Source: an uncultured Thermoleophilaceae bacterium
Lineage (GTDB): Bacteria > Actinomycetota > Thermoleophilia > Solirubrobacterales > Thermoleophilaceae
Assembly (NCBI GenBank): GCA_963808955.1
Contig: CAWEHQ010000014.1
Location: 52,091-116,090 of the forward strand
Direction: 5' to 3'
Length of the DNA: 64,000 nucleotides
A model generated the notes under the pieces. That model made no database searches and was not told where the DNA came from. It was given only the letters and a program-made list of their open reading frames with translations. Positions 22,103 to 29,971 of the stretch are shown here, one piece after another (positions within the stretch are counted from its first letter, which is position 1; the number at the start of each line of letters is the position of its first letter). Both the position numbers and the translations under genes were made by a program.

Positions 22103-22195
22103 CTACTCCAGCATCGCACCCCGCGGATTGTGCGTGTAGCCGTAGTGCCAGGGCTCCGATGCGTGATTGCCTAGCGACTGCGAGCTACTCCCGCT
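22103..22195 (-). repeat. repeat copy R0: remnant of the 3' end of a VanY/M15B-type peptidase gene (encodes ...SEPWHYGYTHNPRGAMLE-stop)
   Basis: Core cgtagtgccagggctcc is at 22141-22157. By hand count, 22128-22157 matches 30468-30497 of the intact gene at 26 of 30 positions. Only about 30 codons are open upstream. Confidence 0.7.
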
Positions 22196-22228
22196 GGGTA
22201 GTCAGAGGGTTGCGGCGCTGCACTCGCA

Positions 22229-22693
22229 TCAGCTGACCGGATCGCAGCCAGCGGCGGCTTGTGCCGCCTTCATCTGCTCCTCGTCGGGCATCGGATGGTC
22301 TGCTGGCGGGAGGGTGCGGGTCGGGGCCGGATCGCTAGTCGCTCTGACCAGATCCTCGAACCCGCCGGGGGTGAGGGCAAAGAGCATTCGGGAGCCGGCC
22401 TCGCCAACCTCGTAGCCGTGTGGTACGTCACGCGGCCCGAACACGAAGTCGCCGGCGCTCGCCTCAATCGTCCGGCCGCCGATTTCGAACGTCACCTCGC
22501 CCTCGAGCACCCAGAATGCCTCGTCCTCGCGGTGATGGACGTGCATTGGCGCTTTGACCCGAGGGGGATCGGTGACATCAAGAACGGTCAGACTCCCGCC
22601 GGTGTCCGCCGCAGTAGCCTTGATTATGGCCAGCGCGCCGAGCCACCAGCGCGCCTCTCCTTCGTTGCTTCTGACTGCCAGTGCATCCGCCAT
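22229..22693 (-). CDS. cupin domain-containing protein
   Basis: 154 aa. APMHVHHREDEAFWVLEGEVTFEIGGRTIEASAGDFVFGPRDVPHGY contains the two cupin His-containing motifs. Confidence 0.85.
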   Translation of the reverse strand: MADALAVRSNEGEARWWLGALAIIKATAADTGGSLTVLDVTDPPRVKAPMHVHHREDEAFWVLEGEVTFEIGGRTIEASAGDFVFGPRDVPHGYEVGEAGSRMLFALTPGGFEDLVRATSDPAPTRTLPPADHPMPDEEQMKAAQAAAGCDPVS

Positions 22694-22898
22694 GGGTGGT
22701 CCTTCCTTTCATCAGGTCATCGATCCTCAGAAGCCAGCATGGCGTAACGCCGCGGGTTGCCGCTTCTCGCGCGGAGCGGCAGCGGACGCTGAAAGTCCTC
22801 CACGAGGAGGCTCGATAGCTGATCGAGGGCCAGGGGCGAGGTTCACCGCCCGCGGCCCCGGCTAAGTGACCTGCGGCAACTGTGAGCGGGTGCACTCA

Positions 22899-23045
22899 CG
22901 CGTAGGTCAAAGCGGCGGGGATGCGCTCGATGTCCGGCGGCTAAGGGGCGCTGCCGGCCTCGGTCGTGCGTCGCCGCTGGCGAAATAGCGTTAGCCCAAC
23001 CCGTAGTGCCATCGCTCCCAGCCTCGGGCAGGCGTTTCGGAGGCG
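22899..23045. repeat. repeat copy R1 (cassette-boundary-like element)
   Basis: 22899-23019 aligns without gaps to 23532-23652 at 110 of 121 positions (hand alignment). It contains a dead copy of the last 13 codons of the SnoaL-like gene (the AAG codon in R2 is TAG here, then VKAAGMRSMSGG-stop). On the other strand it has the ERWHYGLG-stop remnant (core 23002-23018). Confidence 0.8.
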
Positions 23046-23103
23046 CCGGCCAGGTCGACTTTGAAGCCGTGGACCGGGGTAGGCTGGCCGAGGTGTCCCC
23101 GAC

Positions 23104-23577
23104 ATGAACAAGAAAGAGATGCAACGCCTCTTCGAGAAGCACCGCGAGGCAGAGGGGGCCAGAGACCTCGACGCGATCTTGGAGACGTTCATCGAGGAAT
23201 GCTTTTTGGAAACGGTGGCGCTGGGCCTGCGCAGCGAAGGCCGGGCGGCGGCGCGAGCGGCGTACGAGGGGTACTTCACGGCCTTTCCGGACCTGACGCC
23301 TGAGGACCACGAGGTAGTGGTCGGGGACGACGTCGTCGTCGCGTGGGGACACCTGCGTGGCACGAGCGGAGGAGACTGGCTTGGCGTTCCTCCATCCGGA
23401 GTCTCGTTCTCTGTCCCCTTCGTGAACGTAGCGCCGTTCAAGGATGGGCTGATGGCCGGGGAGAGCATCTATTTCGACCTTGCCACGCTCTGTGAGCAGG
23501 CGGCCCTGCCGCTTGACCAGGTTCGAGCTGGCGCGAAGGTCAGAGCGGCGGAGATGCGCTCGATGTCCGGCGGCTAA
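23104..23577 (+). CDS. SnoaL-like / ester cyclase family protein (NTF2-like fold)
   Basis: 157 aa. EAEGARDLDAILETFIEECFLETVALG...GRAAARAAYEGYFTAFPDLTPE...VVAWGHLRGTSGGDWLGVPPSGVSFSVPFVNVAPFKDGLMAGESIYFD. The last 45 nt lie inside repeat R2. Confidence 0.8.
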   Translation: MNKKEMQRLFEKHREAEGARDLDAILETFIEECFLETVALGLRSEGRAAARAAYEGYFTAFPDLTPEDHEVVVGDDVVVAWGHLRGTSGGDWLGVPPSGVSFSVPFVNVAPFKDGLMAGESIYFDLATLCEQAALPLDQVRAGAKVRAAEMRSMSGG

Positions 23578-23702
23578 GCGGCGCTGCCAGCCTCGGTCGT
23601 GCGTCGCCGCGGGCGAAATAGGGTAAGCGCAACCCGTAGTGCCACGGCTCCCGAGCGGCGGCACTGGCGGTCCGCAGGCCAGCGGGCAATACTTCGGAGG
23701 CG
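23532..23702. repeat. repeat copy R2 (cassette-boundary-like element)
   Basis: See R1. The minus strand encodes the remnant ...AAREPWHYGLRLPYF... (core 23635-23651). The shared tail motif ttcggaggcg is at 23693-23702. Confidence 0.8.
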
Positions 23703-23776
23703 ATGTCGAACGGAATCCAGCAGCTTTCGCGGCGCGCGACACGCTCGCCTCGATCGCTGGCGAAGGAGGGTGGCAA

Positions 23777-24208
23777 GTGGCCCATGACCCTGATCTGCCG
23801 CTTGAGGAGTACCACCGGGCAGGGCGGGAACTCACGAACGGGAACCCGGACGTCTACAAGGCCCTCTACTCCCGCCGTGACGATGTGACCCTTGCCAATC
23901 CATTCGGTCCGCCCGTCCGTGGTTGGGACGCGGTGTCTTCGACACTGGACCGCGCCGCTAAGCACTATCGGGATGGCGAGGTTGTGGGATTCGAGAACGT
24001 GTCCACTGTCATCAGTCCGGACCTCGCCTACACCCTCGAGATCGAGAGCTACCGGGCCCGCGTCGCCGGGGCCGAGGAACTCGCCCCCGTGTCGATTCGG
24101 GTCACCACCGGCTTTCGGCGCGAAGGTGGCGCCTGGAAGGTCGTACACAGGCACGCCGACCCAATCACCGGGCACCGTCCGGGCGACTCCGTAGTTCAGA
24201 CCGACTAA
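23777..24208 (+). CDS. NTF2-like (DUF4440/SnoaL-like) domain protein
   Basis: The track ORF is 23639..24208. I prefer GTG 23777, which lies 7 nt after gaaggaggg (an SD-like sequence), because the upstream part lies in repeat R2. Sequence: NPDVYKALYSRRDDVTLANPFGPPVRGWDAV...YTLEIESYRARVAG...VTTGFRREGGAWKVVHRHAD. Confidence 0.7.
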   Translation: MAHDPDLPLEEYHRAGRELTNGNPDVYKALYSRRDDVTLANPFGPPVRGWDAVSSTLDRAAKHYRDGEVVGFENVSTVISPDLAYTLEIESYRARVAGAEELAPVSIRVTTGFRREGGAWKVVHRHADPITGHRPGDSVVQTD

Positions 24209-24228
24209 ACGCGCAGCCCCGACACGTT

Positions 24229-24295
24229 CGGCGGAAAGTGGGCTAACGAAGCTCGTAGTGCCAGGGCTCCGACGCCTGGCGAGCGCGAGCTTCTG
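24229..24295. repeat. repeat copy R3: shorter, more diverged copy of the same element (encodes SEPWHYELR-stop on the minus strand)
   Basis: Core cgtagtgccagggctcc at 24254-24270 is identical to the R0 core. The flanks are alignable to R0 and R1 at lower identity. Confidence 0.65.
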
Positions 24296-24387
24296 GCTTC
24301 GCGCATTGGGTGACTAGCACGTCAAGGGGCGCCGACGCCACTCCCTTGTATCGATAGCGAGCTGCGGGTCAGAACGCTCGAAGGCAC

Positions 24388-24841
24388 GTTAGGTGCCGGG
24401 TGGCGCCGGCGTTAGGCCGTGCCGGCGCATGACCTCCGGCCACCTTGGCCATGTCGGGCGGTGCCCCAGGAGTCGACGACCAGCCGTCGTGAATCTCACG
24501 GAAATAGTCCGGCGACATGACCGCGGCTAGCTATTGCAAGGAACTTGCGTCTTCGGTCGCGCGGTTGTCGAAACCATGGACCGCTCCGCGAGGTACGCAG
24601 AAGGCTTCGCCGGGGTGAATATCGAGCGTCCGACCGTCAACCGTCCAAGTCGTGGCCCCTTCGAGCCCGTAGATCGTCTGCTCGAAGGCGTCGTGACTGT
24701 GCGGCGCCGGCATCTTGCTGTTGGCCGAGAACGAGCGCACGGATCGAGGACGCTCACGCTTCCGTTCGAATCGGCGGCCTCAACGAGGAAGCGCACGCTG
24801 AGGGCGCCGACTTGAATCATCTCCCCCGGTGCTGAAGCCAT
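24388..24841 (-). pseudogene. cupin domain protein, decayed (two frameshifts plus one in-frame TAG at 24531-24533)
   Basis: MASAPGEMIQVGALSVRFLVEAADSNGSVSVL, then (shift) RSFSANSKMPAPHSHDAFEQTIYGLEGATTWTVDGRTLDIHPGEAFCVPRGAVHGFDN...SSLQ-TAG-LAAVMSPDYFREI...PPDMAKVA, then (shift) EVMRRHGLTPAPPGT-stop. Confidence 0.65.
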
Positions 24842-25401
24842 TCCCGTCTCCGACGCGTCGCTGTCTCAGAAGTCTCGCGGGGAGAAACGTACCTCGTCAA
24901 CCAGTTCTCACTGGCCTCGAGGATTTCGCTCTGCTGTCGCTTCCGTGTGAAACCGCCACTCAGGATGCCCACCGGGCTGGCTAGCACGTATTGCGTGTAC
25001 GACGTCGTCGTAGATGCTCGGCCCCCGGCGACGAGCCCTAGGTCTTCCGGGATGTCGTTCGCGCCCTAGCCGTTCTTTGGCGGGGACGCCGTCGCCGGCC
25101 CCGACTCGCCTGATTCGCCTCCTCGGAAGCTGGGCTACCGCCGCTTGGCCGGAGTCACGGCTCGCACCTCGACGCTCTCGTCCCCCCGGTCGCCGCGACA
25201 GTCGTCTTGATGCGGAGCCCAGCGATGCCATGGCTACCCTTCCTCGAGCGGGAATCCGTCCCGGAGGTGATCCGCCGAGAGCGCAGCGCTTGCCGCTCGC
25301 CCTTTGCGGGCGTCTCGCCCTTTGACCACCGACACGGGCGCTTGCGCTGCCGAGGACCGACGGTTAGGGTCGCAGTGGCAACTCACCCTGGGGGTGGTCT
25401 C

Positions 25402-25680
25402 ATGCACGTTGTGATTAAGCACCGGATCAAGGATCCGGAGCAGTTCTTCGCGGGCGATGCTGAGGAGGTCGCGAAGGGCGGACCGCCTGGCGTACGGGGG
25501 CGCCAGTTCCTCGTCAGCCAGGACAAGTCGGCAGCCGTCTGCCTCTGGGAGGCCGATTCGGTCGAGAACCTCCGCAACTACATGGACGGACTCACCGGGG
25601 AGTCTGCCGAAAACACGTACTTCGAGGTCGATGAGGAGATCTCGATGGGTCTACCGGAGGCGGCTAGGGCGAGCGCCTAG
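25402..25680 (+). CDS. hypothetical small protein (92 aa)
   Basis: MHVVIKHRIKDPEQFFAGDAEEVAKGGPPGVRGRQFLVSQDKSAAVCLWEADSVENLRNYMDGLTGESAENTYFEVDEEISMGLPE has protein-like composition. No family was recognised. Confidence 0.45.
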   Translation: MHVVIKHRIKDPEQFFAGDAEEVAKGGPPGVRGRQFLVSQDKSAAVCLWEADSVENLRNYMDGLTGESAENTYFEVDEEISMGLPEAARASA

Positions 25681-25689
25681 GTGTAGCTC

Positions 25690-25900
25690 CTAACCACCTT
25701 CGTCAGTAAGACATCCGGGCCCCCTTGGAGGCTGAGAGCTGCGAAGCCACTCAGTCCCAAGGAGGACACCGGATGAAGCTCCACGGTAACGCCCGCACCT
25801 GTCCGAACAGCCGCAGGCTCCTAGCCGAGTGGGTCTCTGAGCAGGGCTGGTCGGTGACGGCGGCGGCCGAGGCCGCCGGCGTCAGCGAGCGCACGGCGTG
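25690..25900 (+). mobile_element. IS481-family insertion sequence fragment (left end plus the first ~43 codons of the transposase)
   Basis: SD-like ggagg then ATG 25773. MKLHGNARTCPNSRRLLAEWVSEQGWSVTAAAEAAGVSERTAW is the HTH N-terminus typical of IS481-family transposases. The reading frame loses similarity at about 25895, where the opposite-strand sheath sequence begins. No DDE domain is present. Confidence 0.7.
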
Positions 25901-26122
25901 GGCGAGGAAGGCGCCCTCCATGAAGGGTCCGTTGCCGGGCGTGGTCGGGTCGCCGTAGACCTTCCTGAACTGCCACCACTGCGAAACCGGGACCGGGGTG
26001 TTCACGGGTCCGCCAGGGGCCAGGCCTACGAACGCGGCGACCGAAGTCCCCACCCCCTCGATTGGTTTCGAGCCAGATGTGACTTCCTCTAGGTATATCC
26101 CGGGACTTAGGTAAGTCGGCAT
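25892..26122 (-). pseudogene. contractile tail sheath protein (phage / extracellular contractile injection system type), N-terminal ~77 codons only
   Basis: MPTYLSPGIYLEEVTSGSKPIEGVGTSVAAFVGLAPGGPVNTPVPVSQWWQFRKVYGDP...FLAHAV is the highly conserved sheath N-terminus. It is truncated by the IS481 fragment. Confidence 0.75.
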
Positions 26123-26136
26123 AGCTCCCGAAGCGG

Positions 26137-26988
26137 CTACGCGATGTCGCCAACCCGCCTGCCCCAGCAGGCATGCACCAACTCCCGCAGGAACCAGACC
26201 GTGGGATCGGCGAGCGCGGTGGTTATCACCTCGAGCTCGCGCTCATCCGACTCGTCGCCGCCGCCAAGCTCGTTCATGACCTCCAGGGTCACGGCGAACC
26301 ATCTCGCCCAGGGTGAGCCTCCGCGCACCATCTCCGTGGTCGCCTCATGGCGAATGTTCTGAAGACCGTAGCGCTCAAACAGTGGCGGCAGCTTCTGCCC
26401 AAACGCCTTGTCGTAACCGCGAGAAGTAAACCAACCGCCGTCTCGCCAGGCGCGCCGGTAGCCGTCATAGAGCGGGTGCGCAGGATCGACTGGAGCGGCT
26501 GTCCCCCACTCGGCGTCCTCGTCGATCAGCCAGCCACCTGGGCGCAGGCACTTCGTCATTTGGCTGATCGCCGCCCCTTGCCTGCCTACGAGATGAAACA
26601 GCATGAAGCGCGAGCAGACGAGATCGAACGAACCCGGGCGCAGCACTTCGAGCGGGTCCTCGAGGATGTTGTGGCCGAGCACCTCGAGGTTCGGATGGTC
26701 GAGCCGCTGCAGGTAACGGGTGTCTATGTCGGTCGCGACCACTTGGCCGGCCGGACCGACTTGGTCGGCCAACCACATCGCCATCGAGCCTCGCCCCGCG
26801 CCGACCTCCAGACACCTCCAGCCCCGCTGAACCAGTGCCCGTCGCCGGCGCGACACCGGATCGAAGAGCTGCTCGAGAAGACTTAGCCGCTCATCTTCGG
26901 CCGCCTCTCGGCCCGCGGCCTCAAGGCGATAGCCAGGTCCGGTCTCAAGGGACTCCGCACCTTGAGCGGTGGGCCGCGGCTCCGCCAC
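26137..26988 (-). CDS. class I SAM-dependent methyltransferase
   Basis: 283 aa. Motif I is CLEVGAGRGSMAMWLADQVGPAGQVVATDID, with FDLVCSRFMLFHL and LRPGGWLIDED. Confidence 0.85.
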   Translation of the reverse strand: MAEPRPTAQGAESLETGPGYRLEAAGREAAEDERLSLLEQLFDPVSRRRRALVQRGWRCLEVGAGRGSMAMWLADQVGPAGQVVATDIDTRYLQRLDHPNLEVLGHNILEDPLEVLRPGSFDLVCSRFMLFHLVGRQGAAISQMTKCLRPGGWLIDEDAEWGTAAPVDPAHPLYDGYRRAWRDGGWFTSRGYDKAFGQKLPPLFERYGLQNIRHEATTEMVRGGSPWARWFAVTLEVMNELGGGDESDERELEVITTALADPTVWFLRELVHACWGRRVGDIA

Positions 26989-27137
26989 GGTGACAACGTA
27001 GCTTCGGGGGCCGGGCCGAGCAAGCGAGTTCTGGCGGAGTGCCGCTTGCCTGTAAGCGACAACTCTGTCGCCCGAGCGGTTTGAGGCTCAGGTCCCTGGC
27101 GCTAGCTTCTGCGCGTCGCGCAAAGCAGGAGCGGGGT

Positions 27138-27680
27138 TTAGCTCGACGGCACCGTGACGTCGATCACGACCTCGATGGTGTCGCGCACCTTCAGCGCGCC
27201 CATCAGCCCACGGTAGGGCTTGATCCCCCACTCGCTCTGGGTCACCGGCAGCGTCCCGCCGATCCGGCCGTCCGCCGCCATGTCGAGCTCGAAGCTAGTC
27301 GACCGCGTCGTGCCGGCGAGGTCGAGTTCGCCGCGGACGGTCAGTGCACCGTCGGCTAGGTCGACCACGCTCGAGCGGAAGACGATCGGCTGTCCCCGCA
27401 GGATCTTCTCGTCGATGGTCTTGCGGATGTCGGCACGGTCCTTATCCGTGAGCGGCCTGACCCCGCGCAACCCCTCGCGCACCCGCAACGACCGTGGGTC
27501 GGCGTTGACCCGAACGGCGGACAGCGTGCCATCCTCGCCGACCTCAGCGGTCGCCTCCCAACGCTCGACATCGATGATCAGGTCATGGCCGACCTTCTGG
27601 GCCACGCCCTCCCGGTACGTGCGCACCTGCAACATCCCCTTGTGACCGCCGACCGTGTGGGCGCCAGCTCGTAGCGGCAC
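27138..27680 (-). CDS. YceI family protein
   Basis: 180 aa. GHDLIIDVERWEATAEV...TVRGELDLAGTTRSTSFELD...LPVTQSEWGIKPYRGLMGALKVRDTIEVVIDV. Confidence 0.75.
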   Translation of the reverse strand: MPLRAGAHTVGGHKGMLQVRTYREGVAQKVGHDLIIDVERWEATAEVGEDGTLSAVRVNADPRSLRVREGLRGVRPLTDKDRADIRKTIDEKILRGQPIVFRSSVVDLADGALTVRGELDLAGTTRSTSFELDMAADGRIGGTLPVTQSEWGIKPYRGLMGALKVRDTIEVVIDVTVPSS

Positions 27681-27855
27681 AGGCGCGACCCTATCGTTCG
27701 CAACGCTGCGCGAAGCTGTGGTACTCCACGCGCAAATGCGGAGTGGGCACGATGCCGCCCTCGCCAGTCCGTAGCACTCGGGCCAACCGCAACCGCGGGG
27801 TCACACTGACCTACTCCAGCAGTTCCGCCGCGCGTGAGGGATCTACGTGCATGCG

Positions 27856-29172
27856 TCACGCGCGCGCTTCGGCGAGGCGCTCGATCTCGTAGTTGAGAGT
27901 CAGGAACCGCTGGCCGGCAAGGTAGAAGCTGTGGTCGGTCTTCAGCTCGCCGTCGGCCACGTAGACGAAGATTTGTTCCTGGAAATAGAGCAGCTTGAGG
28001 ACGGTCAGGGCGTCTCGCTCGCTGTCGACGGAGCTCAGGTAGTGGCCCGGGAACTCGAGCTCGGTGCGCGAGGTCAGAATGAAGTCGTGCTCGCGAGCGT
28101 TGCTGGGCAGGAGGGTGGCGGTGAAGTTGGCGCTCGGGATCGGGAAGCCGACGCTCACGTAGCCGCGCTCCTGGTGCCTGAAGCTCGTGTATATGCCGAC
28201 GTAAATCGGCTTGCCCGAGTCTGCGAACGTCCGGATCCAGCCGCGGATGTCGATCTCCTCGTCGCCGTCCAGGGTGATCGTGTCGATCGTGCTGACCATC
28301 CCCCGCTGGGCCTCCTCGATGTTGGACGGGATCGCCGCCTGGCCGAGCGGCTCCGCGACCACGAGCTTGAAGAGCTCGTATCCGGGTTTCATCCAGCGCC
28401 GCCACTCCGGAATGATCGAGAGCCGGAAGCGGCTGGTGTGCTCGTAGAACTCGCGGATCAGCGGGTGCACTTGGCTCGCGTCGAAGGTCGGCCCCTCCAG
28501 GCTGTCGAGTGAGGCCAGGATGCCGACGTCCGGCGGGTTGCGGCGGAAGGTGCCGCCGCGGGCCTGCGCGAGCTGCTCGACGTAGTCGGCGCCGACGTAC
28601 CTCGAGCGCGCTTCGAATGGGACGACGTAGCGCAGCTCCGACGCCGGGACCTCCTCGGCCATCACTCGCACCAGTTCGCGCCCGCGGTAAGCGACCGCAG
28701 CGACCACGCGGTAGGTGAGCGTCACGGCTGCTGCGACAAGCGCCGGTTCGAGACCATCGTCGAGAGCCTGGAACAAAACACCCAGGACGGCGCCGAGCAG
28801 GAACCCGAGGAGCGCCTTGCCGGGGCGCAGGCCGAGCAGGCCGATGAGCGCGCCGCTGATGACCGCGGTGACGAGGGGCTGGTCGGGGCCGTAGATCAGG
28901 CCGAGCAGCCAGCCGAACAGGGCCATCAGCAGGACGCTGCTGAGGATGCGGTACCAGAGCGGCTTCGGCTCGGCGGGCCCCCGCCTAATGCTCGTGATCA
29001 CCTCTGCCGGCGCGTACAGCGCGGCGCCGATCAGAGCGCCGAGCCCGGCTCCAAGCCCGTCGATCGCGTCGCCGAGCACGGCGCCGGATGCGGCGCCGAG
29101 GGCCGCGCCCCAGACCAGCCCGTCGCGAATCCGCCCGGAGCGGCTCCTTCTGCGTCGGTCCGGTTGCGCCAT
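27856..29172 (-). CDS. hypothetical membrane protein: Gly-zipper-rich TM N-terminal third plus a ~270-aa soluble C-terminal domain of unknown function
   Basis: The start is chosen at MAQPDRRRRS (29172). TM region: GLVWGAALGAASGAVLGDAIDGLGAGLGALIGAAL...LLGFLLGAVLGVLF. C-terminal domain: FYEHTSRFRLSIIPEWRRWMKPGYELF...GWIRTFADSGKPIYVGIYTSFRH. I did not confidently recognise this domain. Confidence 0.55.
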   Translation of the reverse strand: MAQPDRRRRSRSGRIRDGLVWGAALGAASGAVLGDAIDGLGAGLGALIGAALYAPAEVITSIRRGPAEPKPLWYRILSSVLLMALFGWLLGLIYGPDQPLVTAVISGALIGLLGLRPGKALLGFLLGAVLGVLFQALDDGLEPALVAAAVTLTYRVVAAVAYRGRELVRVMAEEVPASELRYVVPFEARSRYVGADYVEQLAQARGGTFRRNPPDVGILASLDSLEGPTFDASQVHPLIREFYEHTSRFRLSIIPEWRRWMKPGYELFKLVVAEPLGQAAIPSNIEEAQRGMVSTIDTITLDGDEEIDIRGWIRTFADSGKPIYVGIYTSFRHQERGYVSVGFPIPSANFTATLLPSNAREHDFILTSRTELEFPGHYLSSVDSERDALTVLKLLYFQEQIFVYVADGELKTDHSFYLAGQRFLTLNYEIERLAEARA

Positions 29173-29444
29173 CCGCGCAGTATCGCTCCGGTCGTGTGGC
29201 CGGCGCCTGGTCTCGTAGGATCGGTTGATGGAGGCCAGGGACCTGGCGGTCGGCTTGGCTGGCGGAAGGATCGTCATCGGCGTCGTGTCGCTTCTGGTGC
29301 CTGGAGTTGTGGGCCGCGCGATGATGGGCCCTGACGTGGCCTCGGGCGGGGCGCGCCTCTTCCTCCGCGTGGTCGCTGACGCCGGTCGTCGAACACCGGC
29401 AGCCGAGGAACACGCCGCCTGCGGCGTCGGATTACCATCGCTGC

Positions 29445-29891
29445 ATGGCGGTGCCCTCGGAAGGTCTCGAGCTGGAGCTCGAGCGCACGCTTCCGGCGTC
29501 TCCTCCGGTCGTGTTCGCGGCGTTTACCGACCCGAACGAGTTGGCAAAGTGGTGGGGACCGGAAGGCTTCAGTGTCCCGAGTGTCGAGTTCAACCCTCGC
29601 GTCGGAGCGATCTACCGGATCGAGATGCAGCCGCCGGAGGGCAGCTCTTTCCACCTCACAGGCGAGGTCCAGGAAGTCGACCCCCCTTCTCGGCTTGCGT
29701 TCACGTTTGCGTGGGAGCCGCCCGACCCGGATGACGTCAAGACGCTCGTCGACCTGTCGTTTCGGGATTTCGGAGGCTCTACGGGAGTCGCCTTCACGCA
29801 AGGGCCGTTCAGAACTGAGGAACGCCGCACGCTCCACCAGGGCGGCTGGAGCGACAGCTTCGACAAGCTCGAACGTCTCCTCTCCGCTTAG
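29445..29891 (+). CDS. SRPBCC family protein (Aha1/AHSA1-like START fold)
   Basis: 148 aa. LELERTLPASPPVVFAAFTDPNELAKWWGPEGF...RLAFTFAW...HQGGWSDSFDKLERLL. Confidence 0.85.
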   Translation: MAVPSEGLELELERTLPASPPVVFAAFTDPNELAKWWGPEGFSVPSVEFNPRVGAIYRIEMQPPEGSSFHLTGEVQEVDPPSRLAFTFAWEPPDPDDVKTLVDLSFRDFGGSTGVAFTQGPFRTEERRTLHQGGWSDSFDKLERLLSA

Positions 29892-29971
29892 CGGTCGGCC
29901 AGCCCGGTCGGGATCGAGGCAGGTCTGGCACCGGACGTCTGGAAGTGCGTCGAGACGGCTTTGCGGAGCCG

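Noticed and set aside
22843-23835. 330-aa minus-strand ORF spanning the SnoaL-like gene and repeats R1 and R2.
   Set aside because: Its apparent internal duplication (…TTGWANAISPAATHDRG… twice) is just the two repeat copies read in a non-coding frame. It is antisense to a well-supported SnoaL-like CDS.
22103-24300. Interpreting the four repeats as bona fide integron attC sites (a CALIN or chromosomal integron).
   Set aside because: R1 contains GCCCAAC, which fits the RYYYAAC consensus. However, I could not find the paired GTTRRRY box, the R''-L''/L'-R' imperfect hairpin, an attI site or an intI gene, and the gene orientations are mixed. I keep it as cassette-like only; a dedicated attC model search is needed.
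24842-25401. Possible gene in the 560-nt gap (track ORFs 24908..25231 minus and 25014..25325 plus).
   Set aside because: Translations in all frames are broken by stops or are Arg/Pro-rich. A short protein-like stretch (…VLASPVGILSGGFTRKRQQSEILEASENWLTRYV…) is too fragmentary to assign. This is most likely further decayed accessory DNA.
25690-26122. An intact prophage or intact IS element in the accessory patch.
   Set aside because: Only about 43 codons of the IS481-type transposase (no DDE domain, no right end) and about 77 codons of the sheath gene remain. No integrase, capsid, tube, baseplate or att sites are recognisable nearby.
29225-29734. 169-aa plus-strand ORF (MMEARDLAVGLAGGRIVIGVVSLLVPG...) as a small membrane protein between the membrane-protein gene and the SRPBCC gene.
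   Set aside because: It overlaps the extended N-terminal part of the 27856..29277 track ORF (upstream of my preferred Met 29172 start) and then the well-supported SRPBCC CDS in another frame. Only the first ~45 residues look protein-like, which is insufficient support.
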